A program made the translations under genes and the position numbers. This document shows positions 1 through 8,861 of a stretch of DNA of 64,000 nt, piece by piece. Origin of the DNA: Bacteroidota bacterium (GTDB lineage: Bacteria; Bacteroidota; Ignavibacteria; UBA10030; UBA6906); assembly GCA_019637975.1 (NCBI GenBank), contig JAHBUR010000008.1, positions 77,169 through 141,168 on the forward strand. Reading direction: 5' to 3'. Each line of letters opens with the position of its first letter. The stretch's first letter is position 1. The notes beneath the pieces were generated by a model, which was given only the letters and a program-made list of their open reading frames with translations, was not told the origin of the DNA and searched no databases.

Positions 1-1
1 G

Positions 2-1000
2 CAGGTGGTTGGCAGGGTATCAACGGTTGTGTTCGACAAAACGGGAACGCTGACCGAAGGAAAATTCACGCTTCTCAACACATTGTCTGATGAGCATCTT
101 CGTCTCGTTGCCTCGCTTGAGCAATCCTCCAATCACCCGATAGCACAGGCAATTGTGGATGCGGCCAGAGGAAGGGGTCTGCAGCTCACGGAGGCGACGC
201 ATGTGCAAATCCTTGATGGAAAAGGAATTACCGGAATAGTTGAAGGAACGCAACTCGCGGCCGGCAGCATGCGATGCGTTCTTGATTCAGGATTCGATAT
301 TGATGAAGGCGCAGTCGAGATAAGCGAGCGTGAAGCAGAACTCGGACACACGATTGTGTTTCTGGGAGTAGGAAGAGTGAAGAATGCAGTTCCGATGGTG
401 CTCGGTGATTCTCTCAAACCCTCTTCGCACAGCGCAATAGAACAACTCACGAAAGCAGGAGTTGCCGTCCGGTTGCTTTCCGGAGATATGGAGAAAACAA
501 CGTCTGCAGTAGCACGCAACGCGGGAATTGACCTGTATACCGCGCAAGCTCTCCCCTCCGACAAGATCGAAGCAATCAAGAAATTTCAGAATGCGCAGCA
601 CATTGTTGCAATGGTTGGCGACGGTGTGAATGACGCGCCTGCTCTCGCGCAGGCAGATGTAGGGATTGCCATGGGAGGCGGAACGGAAATCGCCGTCGAG
701 TCTGCAACCATCACGCTTCTGCGCGATGATCTTACGCTTGTTCCCGAGGCACTCGATATTTCCAAGCGCAGCTTTGCAGCGGTGAAACAGAATCTCGCAT
801 GGGCATACTTCTACAACAGCATTGGTATTATTCTCGCCATCCTCGGCTACCTCAATCCCTTCATTGCAGCGATTGCGATGCTGGCAAGCAGTCTCTCCGT
901 TGTTCTCAACTCTATGCGAGTCAGCCTTCCCAAAGGGATGTTCTCGAAAAGACTCGTTGAGATTCTTTTCCCTTGGATTGAGCCGGCCGAGTCTGCGTAG
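2..1000 (+). CDS. P1B-type heavy-metal-translocating ATPase, C-terminal part (5' truncated by the window edge)
   Basis: The reading frame is open from position 2. The phosphorylation motif DKTGTLT is present (VVFDKTGTLTEG). The hinge motif MVGDGVNDAPALAQADVGIAMGGGTEIAVESA and two C-terminal TM helices are typical of CopA/ZntA-type pumps. Confidence 0.85.
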   Translation, partial: QVVGRVSTVVFDKTGTLTEGKFTLLNTLSDEHLRLVASLEQSSNHPIAQAIVDAARGRGLQLTEATHVQILDGKGITGIVEGTQLAAGSMRCVLDSGFDIDEGAVEISEREAELGHTIVFLGVGRVKNAVPMVLGDSLKPSSHSAIEQLTKAGVAVRLLSGDMEKTTSAVARNAGIDLYTAQALPSDKIEAIKKFQNAQHIVAMVGDGVNDAPALAQADVGIAMGGGTEIAVESATITLLRDDLTLVPEALDISKRSFAAVKQNLAWAYFYNSIGIILAILGYLNPFIAAIAMLASSLSVVLNSMRVSLPKGMFSKRLVEILFPWIEPAESA

Positions 1001-1272
1001 GACAGGCGGTTCCAAGATAGTAAGCCACTTCAACATTCCCTTTCATGAACTCTTGCATCACACCGGAAAATTCCGTTTGATAGTCTGCCGCTGCAACGCG
1101 GTATCACACTCCGGCTCACAGCCACATTGTTCTTTCATGCAGTCTCGCCACAACAGCCCATGCACTTCATCGTTGCCGGACGACAGCGGCTTTTACCCCG
1201 AATCGATTATCCGGTCACCATTCTCAAGCTCATGAATCCACTAAACAACCCACTACAATCATAGGAGCCACT

Positions 1273-1773
1273 ATGCGATCCGGATTTTTCTCAATCACTC
1301 ATGTATTGCTTTTCATCGTTGCCGCTGCGCTTGTAGCCGGCTGCGCGCCCGCGGGCGATGCACCGGAAAAAATGGTGACTGAAGCTGATGCCTTGGACAA
1401 AGCCTGGCTTGAAGCATACAACAGCAAGAATGTTGACGCTATCATGGCATTATATTGGAACAGTCCCGACCTCGTTTCCTATCCTCCCGGCGAAATGGAA
1501 GTGCGCGGCTGGGACAAGATGAAGGAGGGAATGATGAAGGAATTCTCACAGGCAACAGACGGAAAGTTGGAGTTTGTCGAAACGAGCAACAGGGCAATGG
1601 GCACCGTGGTCATCGGCTCGGGCAAATGGCGTTTCACCATGCCTTCGGCGCAAGTGGATGTTACAGGAAGATATACGGACGTGAAGGCGAAGAAGGAGGG
1701 CAAGTGGGTGTATCTGATGGATCATGCTTCTGTACCGATGCCTCCACCGCCTGACCAACCTTCCGGCAATTAG
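1273..1773 (+). CDS. lipoprotein with SnoaL-like/DUF4440 (NTF2-like) fold
   Basis: Lipobox signal peptide (LVAGC). The motif AWLEAYNSKNVDAIMALYWNSPDLV is typical of NTF2-like/SnoaL proteins. 166 aa. Confidence 0.5.
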   Translation: MRSGFFSITHVLLFIVAAALVAGCAPAGDAPEKMVTEADALDKAWLEAYNSKNVDAIMALYWNSPDLVSYPPGEMEVRGWDKMKEGMMKEFSQATDGKLEFVETSNRAMGTVVIGSGKWRFTMPSAQVDVTGRYTDVKAKKEGKWVYLMDHASVPMPPPPDQPSGN

Positions 1774-1781
1774 CACAAATG

Positions 1782-1810
1782 GCGGCGCATGCCGGACGAG
1801 TGTGCGCCGC
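1782..1810. terminator. GC-rich inverted repeat between convergent genes (possible weak terminator)
   Basis: GCGGCGCA-N13-TGCGCCGC forms a perfect 8-bp stem, 9 nt after the lipoprotein stop, between convergent CDSs. No clear U-tract. Confidence 0.3.
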
Positions 1811-1859
1811 GAATTGTGCAGGTGCAATGACTGCGAAAAGACCTCCTTCAACGGCCTGC

Positions 1860-2546
1860 TTACTCTGCGGTGATCAACTTGTACCCCTTGCCGTGAGTGT
1901 TCTTGATCTCGAGTGAGGGATCACCCGTAAGATACTTGCGGAGTTTTGAGATGAACACATCAAGGCTACGGCCGTTGAAGTACGTGTCGCTTCCCCAAAT
2001 CGTGTTCAGAATTGTGGAACGCTCGACTGTCGCGTTCCGATGCTGATAGAGTATTTGAAGAAGAAGCGACTCCGTTGAAGTGAGTTTCGTCTTCTTTTTT
2101 CCAAGAAGAAGAAGCTGCTTGTTTGCATCAAATGAGTACCTTCCGATGGGAATGGGTCCTGAAGCCCCCCTCAACGGTTTTCCTGTCCGCTTGAGAACTG
2201 CTTCAATCCTCAGCAATAATTCTTCCATGCTGAACGGTTTCGTAACATAATCGTCGCCGCCCGCTTTGAATCCTTGAACCCGGTCTTCTTTCATCGCCTT
2301 CGCCGTCAAAAAAATAACGGGCGTTTCCTCGTCCTTCATCCGCAACTCGCGCACGAATGTGAAGCCATCCCGCTTCGGCATCATCACATCGACAAGACAC
2401 AGATCGAAGCGCTCTGCGCTGAATTCTGCAAGCCCTTCGTCACCGTTGGCTTTCCGGATCACCGCAAAGCCGTGTGCCTCAAGATGTTCCTGAAGCATGA
2501 ATGCAAGATTGACGTCATCTTCGAGAAGAAGGATTCGCCGTTTCAT
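1860..2546 (-). CDS. OmpR-family two-component response regulator (receiver + winged-helix)
   Basis: Receiver motifs in MKRRILLLEDD...LCLVDVMMPKRDGF...LTAKA. C-terminal winged-helix LEIKNTHGKGYKL. Shares a 4-nt ATGA overlap with the upstream kinase. Confidence 0.9.
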   Translation of the reverse strand: MKRRILLLEDDVNLAFMLQEHLEAHGFAVIRKANGDEGLAEFSAERFDLCLVDVMMPKRDGFTFVRELRMKDEETPVIFLTAKAMKEDRVQGFKAGGDDYVTKPFSMEELLLRIEAVLKRTGKPLRGASGPIPIGRYSFDANKQLLLLGKKKTKLTSTESLLLQILYQHRNATVERSTILNTIWGSDTYFNGRSLDVFISKLRKYLTGDPSLEIKNTHGKGYKLITAE

Positions 2547-4237
2547 GATACAACCGGAAGTCGCAGTTCAACTGTCGTACCCGATCCCTTCTCGCTCTGA
2601 ATAGATGCCGTTCCGCCGTGCTTCTCCACAACCAGCTTCACATAACTCAATCCGATGCCGAAACCCTTGACGTCGTGCAGGTTACCTGTCGGGACACGAT
2701 AGTACTTTTCGAAAGCGCGTGCCGCGTGCTCTTGTGCCATTCCAATACCATGATCAATGACTCGAATAACGAGGTGATGCTCGCTGTTACCCGTCGTTAC
2801 AACAATGGTCGGAGCGTCGGACGAGTACTTCTCAGCGTTGTCGAGAACGTTTCTGATCACATTCTCAATGTGAACGCTGTCGCCAGCAACTATCGATCTT
2901 CGCGCATCGAGCAATGTTGTAAGCGTTCCGCCTCTCGTTGAGACCGGAACCGAAGCGGCCGCAACCGCTTTGTCGATGATTGCATGAACGTCAAGCAGCT
3001 CGCGGCGGAATTCCACCTCCCCCTCCTCCAGCGCCGCCATGTGCAGTATTTTCTCGATCTGTTTGCGCATCCGCGTGTTCTCGTCGGCAATCACGTTGTT
3101 GTACTCGGCGATCTTCTTCTTCATCCGGAGAACATCGGGGCGCCGCAACGCTTCGCTGGCGAGCGCGATGGTTGAAAGGGGTGTCTTGAACTCATGTGTC
3201 ATGTTGTTGATGAAGTCCGTCACGCGCTCGCCGAGTTCCTTCTGCCGCAACATCGTCCTCACGGTAAACCCGAAGCTTGCAAGCACAACGCCGACGAACA
3301 GAAGGTGCAACACCGATTCGGGTATGAACTCCTTCATCAATTGGGATTTGTAATCGGGAAACCGTACCATCAGCGTTGCCGGCATCCCGGAAAAATCGTG
3401 CGAGAAAACCGGCACCGTGAACGCCGACTCCCGCGCCATCGCCGCGTTGCCGGAAACGCGTCCCGCAACGAGACTATCCTTCTTGTCTCTCACCTCAAAC
3501 TCGTACGGAAAATCAATTCCCCCTTGTTGGAGAAACCGCGCAACAACGGAGTCAACCTGTTCATTGTTGATGCGCTCCGAAAGCGGCGGCGCCTCCTTCC
3601 CGGCAACAGTCTGCGTAATGCGACTGATGATTCTCTCTCCATCAATTTGTTTAGCAGGCATTTCAAACGATACGGCTCCTCCCGCGCCATCCCAACGGTA
3701 TGTCGAGAACAAACTGTCCGTCCGCACTTGAATGATGTACACGCCTTTCTTCATCTTCTCGCCCGGAAGCGTCAACTCATGTTTCCCCTCGCCCTTCTTT
3801 GCATCAACGAGAACGGTGTCTAACTTGCCGAACGGGTCGAACACCTTGACGGTAACTTTCTGCTGCGTGCCGAGTTGGTACGAGAGCTTGTCGCCAACGA
3901 GTGCTGTTGACGAGCCTCCCCCCGTCGTAAACGCCGACACCATAACGGTTTGGCCGGAGTCCCTTTTGAGAACGCGCTTCTTTGTGTCGGAGTATGAGAA
4001 CGTCATCGGGCGATGGCCGGTGGAATCGGATACAAAAAGGAGAAACCGGTCGCGGGCATCAGCTTCTTCGATGACGGCAACGGCGGCGTTGAGTGCAGCA
4101 AGAACATTCTGGCGGAAGGTCTGATCTTTCAACTCGAGCGAGCGTTGGAGAAATCTGTACTGAAGGAACAGAATTCCGCCCAACGCGACTGCCATCCCCG
4201 CAACGAGAATGCCGATTGTTTGCTTCGAGAGCTTCAT
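2543..4237 (-). CDS. sensor histidine kinase with large periplasmic domain
   Basis: H-box HEFKTPLSTI. HATPase motifs DHGIGM and GFGIGLS. N-terminal TM, ~300-aa periplasmic segment, second TM. Start placed at the internal ATG (MKLSKQTIGILVAG); the longest ORF reaches 4303. Confidence 0.85.
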   Translation of the reverse strand: MKLSKQTIGILVAGMAVALGGILFLQYRFLQRSLELKDQTFRQNVLAALNAAVAVIEEADARDRFLLFVSDSTGHRPMTFSYSDTKKRVLKRDSGQTVMVSAFTTGGGSSTALVGDKLSYQLGTQQKVTVKVFDPFGKLDTVLVDAKKGEGKHELTLPGEKMKKGVYIIQVRTDSLFSTYRWDGAGGAVSFEMPAKQIDGERIISRITQTVAGKEAPPLSERINNEQVDSVVARFLQQGGIDFPYEFEVRDKKDSLVAGRVSGNAAMARESAFTVPVFSHDFSGMPATLMVRFPDYKSQLMKEFIPESVLHLLFVGVVLASFGFTVRTMLRQKELGERVTDFINNMTHEFKTPLSTIALASEALRRPDVLRMKKKIAEYNNVIADENTRMRKQIEKILHMAALEEGEVEFRRELLDVHAIIDKAVAAASVPVSTRGGTLTTLLDARRSIVAGDSVHIENVIRNVLDNAEKYSSDAPTIVVTTGNSEHHLVIRVIDHGIGMAQEHAARAFEKYYRVPTGNLHDVKGFGIGLSYVKLVVEKHGGTASIQSEKGSGTTVELRLPVVS

Positions 4238-4406
4238 GTTCGAATATACGAACCTCTTTCGTCCCCTTCTACTCTCTCCTCCGCTCTTTACAAATCTTAA
4301 CACTTCCTCACAAACGTTAACTTGGCGGCTTGCATCTTTTTCTGCAACTTAGCGTTCGAAGAACCGTTCGTCGAATCCATCACATCCTACAGATTGGAGT
4401 TTTACT

Positions 4407-5126
4407 ATGCGCGTGCTACTTCTGCTTCTTGCGTTGACTCATCTTGCCATCTTCGTTTCTCCCGCAGCCCAAAACTGGAGCGGGCAGGGAGAAAAGAAGA
4501 TGATCAGATTTGAAGCAAAGACAACAGTGATCATTCCTGAGATTGGCGCAGTCATTATGGAGGAGAATGGAAAACTCACCGTCGGCACAACCCTCCCGAT
4601 ACAATCATCCGACAAGTCTTCAACCTTCGATATCACGAAAGGAGATGAGGTCGGAATGATCAATGGTAAACGCGTTGGAACGATTGCGGAACTGCGTGAG
4701 AGTTTCGAACAGGCTGCAATTGGCAGCGAGGTAAAACTCGGCTTGCGCAGAGAGGGACGACCGCATATTGTGACGTTTGTGAAGAAAGATCCGAAGGAGG
4801 GTTCTCAGAAGATGATTATCAGGAAAAGCGACGGGGCTTCCGGCGATGAGGACGTTCTTCCCGCTCTCGGCATTATTGTCCGGAAGCAAAAGGATAATGT
4901 GGTCGTTGCAGAGATACTTGACGAAACATCAGGGCTGTTCAAATCGGGGGATGTTATCACATCACTCAACGGAAAACGGATTGCTTCTGTGCAGGAATTC
5001 TCTTCAACGTTCGATGCCACCGCCGTTGGGGGCGAGTTACGCTTCGAGCTTGTTCGGGACGGCAAAGCCGTGTCTTTCACGATGAAGCGCCCCGAGCCGC
5101 GTGGAAACGTCATCATCAAGAAGTAA
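4407..5126 (+). CDS. secreted protein with two PDZ domains and no protease domain
   Basis: Signal peptide MRVLLLLLALTHLAIFVSPAA. Two PDZ-like segments (GDEVGMINGKRVGTIAELRE; GDVITSLNGKRIASVQEF). 239 aa. Confidence 0.6.
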   Translation: MRVLLLLLALTHLAIFVSPAAQNWSGQGEKKMIRFEAKTTVIIPEIGAVIMEENGKLTVGTTLPIQSSDKSSTFDITKGDEVGMINGKRVGTIAELRESFEQAAIGSEVKLGLRREGRPHIVTFVKKDPKEGSQKMIIRKSDGASGDEDVLPALGIIVRKQKDNVVVAEILDETSGLFKSGDVITSLNGKRIASVQEFSSTFDATAVGGELRFELVRDGKAVSFTMKRPEPRGNVIIKK

Positions 5127-5134
5127 AAACAGAC

Positions 5135-6622
5135 ATGCTGAAGATTCTTGTTTTCATAGCATCAATAGTTCTGATATATCCGCAAGCCGAAGCACAATAC
5201 AACAGCTTCAATCAGCGCGACGATAAGTACAGGCTTCTTGGCCTGAAGCGGGCGAAGGAGTATTTTGAAGTCCAACGCAAAGAGTACGAGAGGCAGCAAG
5301 AGTTGTTTCGCAAAGGACTCATCTCGCAAGTTGAGCTTGACCGCGTGAAGAATTCCTTCGCCGATGCCGAGGTGAACTACCAGCAATCGCTGCTTGCTGT
5401 ACTGTTCGAGCAGCAGTATGTTTCCATTGACAAAGCCGTGAAGTATCAAGCAGCAGACGGAACGAAGCGCGTCCGCCTGACGGTTGCGAATGCGTCGGGG
5501 GCGACGGAGGAGTTTCAGAAACTTCTCGGACTCGACGACCCGCTGTTCCGCTCTCTCCAACCCGACATGATTCACAACGTGTACATCTCTCTCTACAACA
5601 ATGACGGGGCAATCATCTCGCAACCGTATGAAGCGAAGATCGAGCAGTTACGGTCGGGACAGCCAAAGCGGGCGGACTTCGGGTTGTTGCAGGATCTCGA
5701 TGCCGTTACCGTGAACATCATCTACGGCAACGGCACAAGCCGCACGCTGAAGATTCTGCTGCAAAAGGACAACACCGCAAACAAAGTGATTGTGCAGTCA
5801 CAACAATTCTCGCAGGAAGTCGAACTCGGAAAATCCGCAACATTCGATTTGCGGCTCGAGCTGTTCAGCGGCATCGACAACACCTTCAGCCTTGAAGTGA
5901 TCAATCTCCCCCAACAAATCAACAGATTTTTCAAGGATGTGGGAAGCCAGGCCCGGCTGAGTCAAATCAAGTTCACGGAAAACGTCAATGCCCGGCAGGC
6001 GGGATTGGAAGTTTCACTGCCTGATCGCCCGAACGAACGCGTGCCGATGGATACAGCCATACCTTTCTATGTTCTCGTTATCCCGGCGGACAAAGTTAGA
6101 GAAGTGAGAAAAGCGGGAGAGAAAGAATGGACGGAAGAAGAAATCAAAGATCTGAATGTCGGATACGTTCGCCTCGAACTTATGCCCCGAGGAAGAGGGC
6201 GCATTCTTGTCCGTGCCCCGCAACTCTATCACACCATCAAACCCGACGGGCAGATGGAGATGACGGTTGATGTTGTAAACGAGGGAACGCGGCGTCTCGA
6301 CAATCTCAAAATTGACGTCGATCTACCGCTGAATTGGTCGAAAACGATCGACCCAGCAGTGATTCCGATGCTCGACATCAACGAAGAAAGGAGAATCGCG
6401 CTGACGGCTGTCCCGCCGTCGGGAATTTCCGTCGGTCGATACGACATTCGTCTGCGCACAAGCGCATTGTCCGACAATCAACCGGTGAATGCAGAGGACA
6501 AGATTGTAACAGTTGAAGTGACAGCCGACGCAAGTGTGTTCGGAACGTTGGTACTCGTTCTGCTGATTCTTGGTTTGGTGGGCGGCATCGTCGCCTTCGG
6601 AATTCGATTATCACGCAAGTAG
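5135..6622 (+). CDS. exported, C-terminally membrane-anchored protein with NEW3/CARDB-like beta-sandwich domain (COG1470-like)
   Basis: N-terminal signal peptide, coiled-coil N-region, C-terminal TM helix (LVLVLLILGLVGGIVAF). The segment MTVDVVNEGTRRLDNLKIDVDLPLNWS...GISVGRYDIRLRTSA fits the NEW3/CARDB pattern. Begins 9 nt after the PDZ gene. Confidence 0.5.
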   Translation: MLKILVFIASIVLIYPQAEAQYNSFNQRDDKYRLLGLKRAKEYFEVQRKEYERQQELFRKGLISQVELDRVKNSFADAEVNYQQSLLAVLFEQQYVSIDKAVKYQAADGTKRVRLTVANASGATEEFQKLLGLDDPLFRSLQPDMIHNVYISLYNNDGAIISQPYEAKIEQLRSGQPKRADFGLLQDLDAVTVNIIYGNGTSRTLKILLQKDNTANKVIVQSQQFSQEVELGKSATFDLRLELFSGIDNTFSLEVINLPQQINRFFKDVGSQARLSQIKFTENVNARQAGLEVSLPDRPNERVPMDTAIPFYVLVIPADKVREVRKAGEKEWTEEEIKDLNVGYVRLELMPRGRGRILVRAPQLYHTIKPDGQMEMTVDVVNEGTRRLDNLKIDVDLPLNWSKTIDPAVIPMLDINEERRIALTAVPPSGISVGRYDIRLRTSALSDNQPVNAEDKIVTVEVTADASVFGTLVLVLLILGLVGGIVAFGIRLSRK

Positions 6623-6646
6623 CTATCAATCTTACAAGGACAACTC

Positions 6647-7378
6647 ATGCAACAGAATCCTCTCTTTGAAGCTGCCAATCTCACAAAACAATATGAAGAC
6701 GGCGTGCTTGCGCTCGACAACGTTACGTTCTCTGTACATTCCGGGGAGATTTTTACAATCCTCGGCGCAAACGGCGCGGGTAAAACAACGACAATCAACA
6801 TCTTTCTCAACTTCATCGAGCCGACGTCCGGTGAAGCAAAGATCAACGGTATCGTTACACACACAAAGCCGCTCGAAGCGAAGAAGCATGTCTCGTACGT
6901 TTCCGAAAATGTGATGCTGTACCAGGATTTTAGCGCAATACAAAACCTCGATTTCTTCGCCCGTCTTGGAGGCAAGACACACTACAAAAAGGATGAATAC
7001 CGGACTGTGTTGCGCCGTGTCGGGCTGCAGGACGAGGCGCACGACAAAAAGCTGAAGGGGTTTTCGAAAGGCATGAGACAGAAATGCGGAATCGCAATAG
7101 CGATTCTCAAGGATGCGCCTGCGATTGTGCTCGACGAACCGACATCGGGCCTCGATCCGCAGGCCGCATATGAGTTTCAGCGATTGCTCGAATCGCTGAA
7201 AGCTGAAGGCCGGGCAATACTTATGTCAACACACGATATTTTTCGCGCGAAGGAAGTCGCTGACACTATCGGTATTATGAACCGCGGCCGACTTGTGATG
7301 CAGGAGTCCGCTCAGGCACTTGCCGGACAAGATCTTGAAAAAGTATATATGCGTTACATCGAAGGCCGTCAGGCTTAG
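6647..7378 (+). CDS. ABC transporter ATP-binding protein
   Basis: Walker A GANGAGKTTT, Walker B IVLDEPTSGLD, H-loop STHD. The signature motif is atypical (FSKGMRQK instead of LSGGQ). Confidence 0.9.
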   Translation: MQQNPLFEAANLTKQYEDGVLALDNVTFSVHSGEIFTILGANGAGKTTTINIFLNFIEPTSGEAKINGIVTHTKPLEAKKHVSYVSENVMLYQDFSAIQNLDFFARLGGKTHYKKDEYRTVLRRVGLQDEAHDKKLKGFSKGMRQKCGIAIAILKDAPAIVLDEPTSGLDPQAAYEFQRLLESLKAEGRAILMSTHDIFRAKEVADTIGIMNRGRLVMQESAQALAGQDLEKVYMRYIEGRQA

Positions 7379-7393
7379 CCCGGAGATCGAACC

Positions 7394-8806
7394 ATGACAA
7401 GACTTATCCTCTTCAAAGAACTCCGGGAGATTGTCGCCTCATCGAAGTTTGCCGTGACATTCGGCGTCTGTTCGTTACTGATTCTTCTTTCATTCTATGT
7501 CGGGGCGAAAAACTGGCAAATCGGGAACGAGCAATACGAAGCATCGAAGCGTGAGAACCTGCGGGCGATGGAAACGATGACGGATTGGTCGGAAGTCCGC
7601 AATCACCGGATCTTTCTTCCGCCGCGCCCGATCGCATCGCTCGTGAACGGCGTGTCGAACGACATTGGACGGACGGCGGAGATTCGCGGGAGCGGCGACA
7701 TCGCCGCGCAAGACAGCCGCTACGGCGAAGACCCGATCTATGCCGTTTTCCGATTCCTCGATCTCGATTTCATCATACAGATAGTACTGTCACTGTTCGC
7801 CATTCTGTTCGCTTATGATTCGATAAATGGAGAAAAGGAACGCGGCACGCTCCGGCTTACGTTTGCCAATCCCATCCCGCGCACGTCGTACATACTGGGC
7901 AAGATGGCAGGATCGGTCTTGGGACTCGCCGTGCCGTTGCTGATTCCGATACTGCTCGGATGTCTCATTCTGATTGCTGCCGGCATTCCAATGCAATGGG
8001 GTGACTGGGTGCGGCTTTCGTTGGTAATCGCAGCAGGATATCTGTATTTCAGCGTCTTTCTTGCAGTATCCATGTTTGTCTCCGCTGCGACGCAGAAGTC
8101 ATCGACGTCATTTCTCATGCTGCTCGTCATCTGGATTTTTTCCGTGATGATACTTCCCCGAACCGCTGTGCTGCTTGCGGGCCGTGCAGTTGACGTGCCG
8201 AGCGTCGACGAAATCGCGTCAAAGCGTTCGCGCTACTCGGCATCATTGTGGCAGGAACAACGGAAGGCAATGGCAGACTTCCGCGCTCCTGAAAATCTCC
8301 CTCCGGAAGAGATGATGAAGGAGTTTCAGAAATTCATGTCAAACCTCGGCTCCGCGCGTGATAAGAACATGCAGGAGTTTGCTTCACGATTGAATGAAGA
8401 GAGAAAGAACCGCCAGCAGGTGCAGGAACGGCTTGCGTTCGGACTTGCGCGTGTATCGCCGTCGGCAGTATTTTCGTTCGCAAGCACAACCGTTGCAGGA
8501 ACCGGACTTCATTTGAAAGACGAATACAAACTCCAGGCGGAACGCTACCAGCAGGCATTTGCGGAGTTTATCAAGGGCAAGACAGGCACATCGCCGAGTG
8601 GCGCGTTTATCTTCCGCATTACTACCGATACCCAGGAGGAGAAGAAGCCGATCAATCCGGCCGAGCTTCCGGTCTTTGCATTTCAACCGCCCTCGCTTTC
8701 TGCTTCGATGCGGAGCATTGCCGTCGATCTCGGTATTCTGATCCTGTTTTGCCTGATATTCTTCGCCGGCGCGTTTATCTCGTTTCTCCGTTACGATGTA
8801 CGATAG
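7394..8806 (+). CDS. ABC-2 family permease with ~190-aa cytoplasmic insertion before last TM (DUF3526-like)
   Basis: N-terminal TM, periplasmic loop, 4 clustered TMs, long coiled-coil soluble segment, C-terminal TM. Paralogous to the next gene: shared MxxLxLFKELR N-termini, ERGTL and FLRYDVR motifs. Confidence 0.7.
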   Translation: MTRLILFKELREIVASSKFAVTFGVCSLLILLSFYVGAKNWQIGNEQYEASKRENLRAMETMTDWSEVRNHRIFLPPRPIASLVNGVSNDIGRTAEIRGSGDIAAQDSRYGEDPIYAVFRFLDLDFIIQIVLSLFAILFAYDSINGEKERGTLRLTFANPIPRTSYILGKMAGSVLGLAVPLLIPILLGCLILIAAGIPMQWGDWVRLSLVIAAGYLYFSVFLAVSMFVSAATQKSSTSFLMLLVIWIFSVMILPRTAVLLAGRAVDVPSVDEIASKRSRYSASLWQEQRKAMADFRAPENLPPEEMMKEFQKFMSNLGSARDKNMQEFASRLNEERKNRQQVQERLAFGLARVSPSAVFSFASTTVAGTGLHLKDEYKLQAERYQQAFAEFIKGKTGTSPSGAFIFRITTDTQEEKKPINPAELPVFAFQPPSLSASMRSIAVDLGILILFCLIFFAGAFISFLRYDVR

Positions 8807-8861
8807 ATGTTTGAACCGTAACTGTAATCTGTAATCCGGAAATCACAAACACGGTCTTATC

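Noticed and set aside
8810-8840. Short tandem repeat CTGTAAT CTGTAAT in the spacer between the two permease genes
   Set aside because: Only two copies of 7 bp; too short to call a repeat element or CRISPR-like array.
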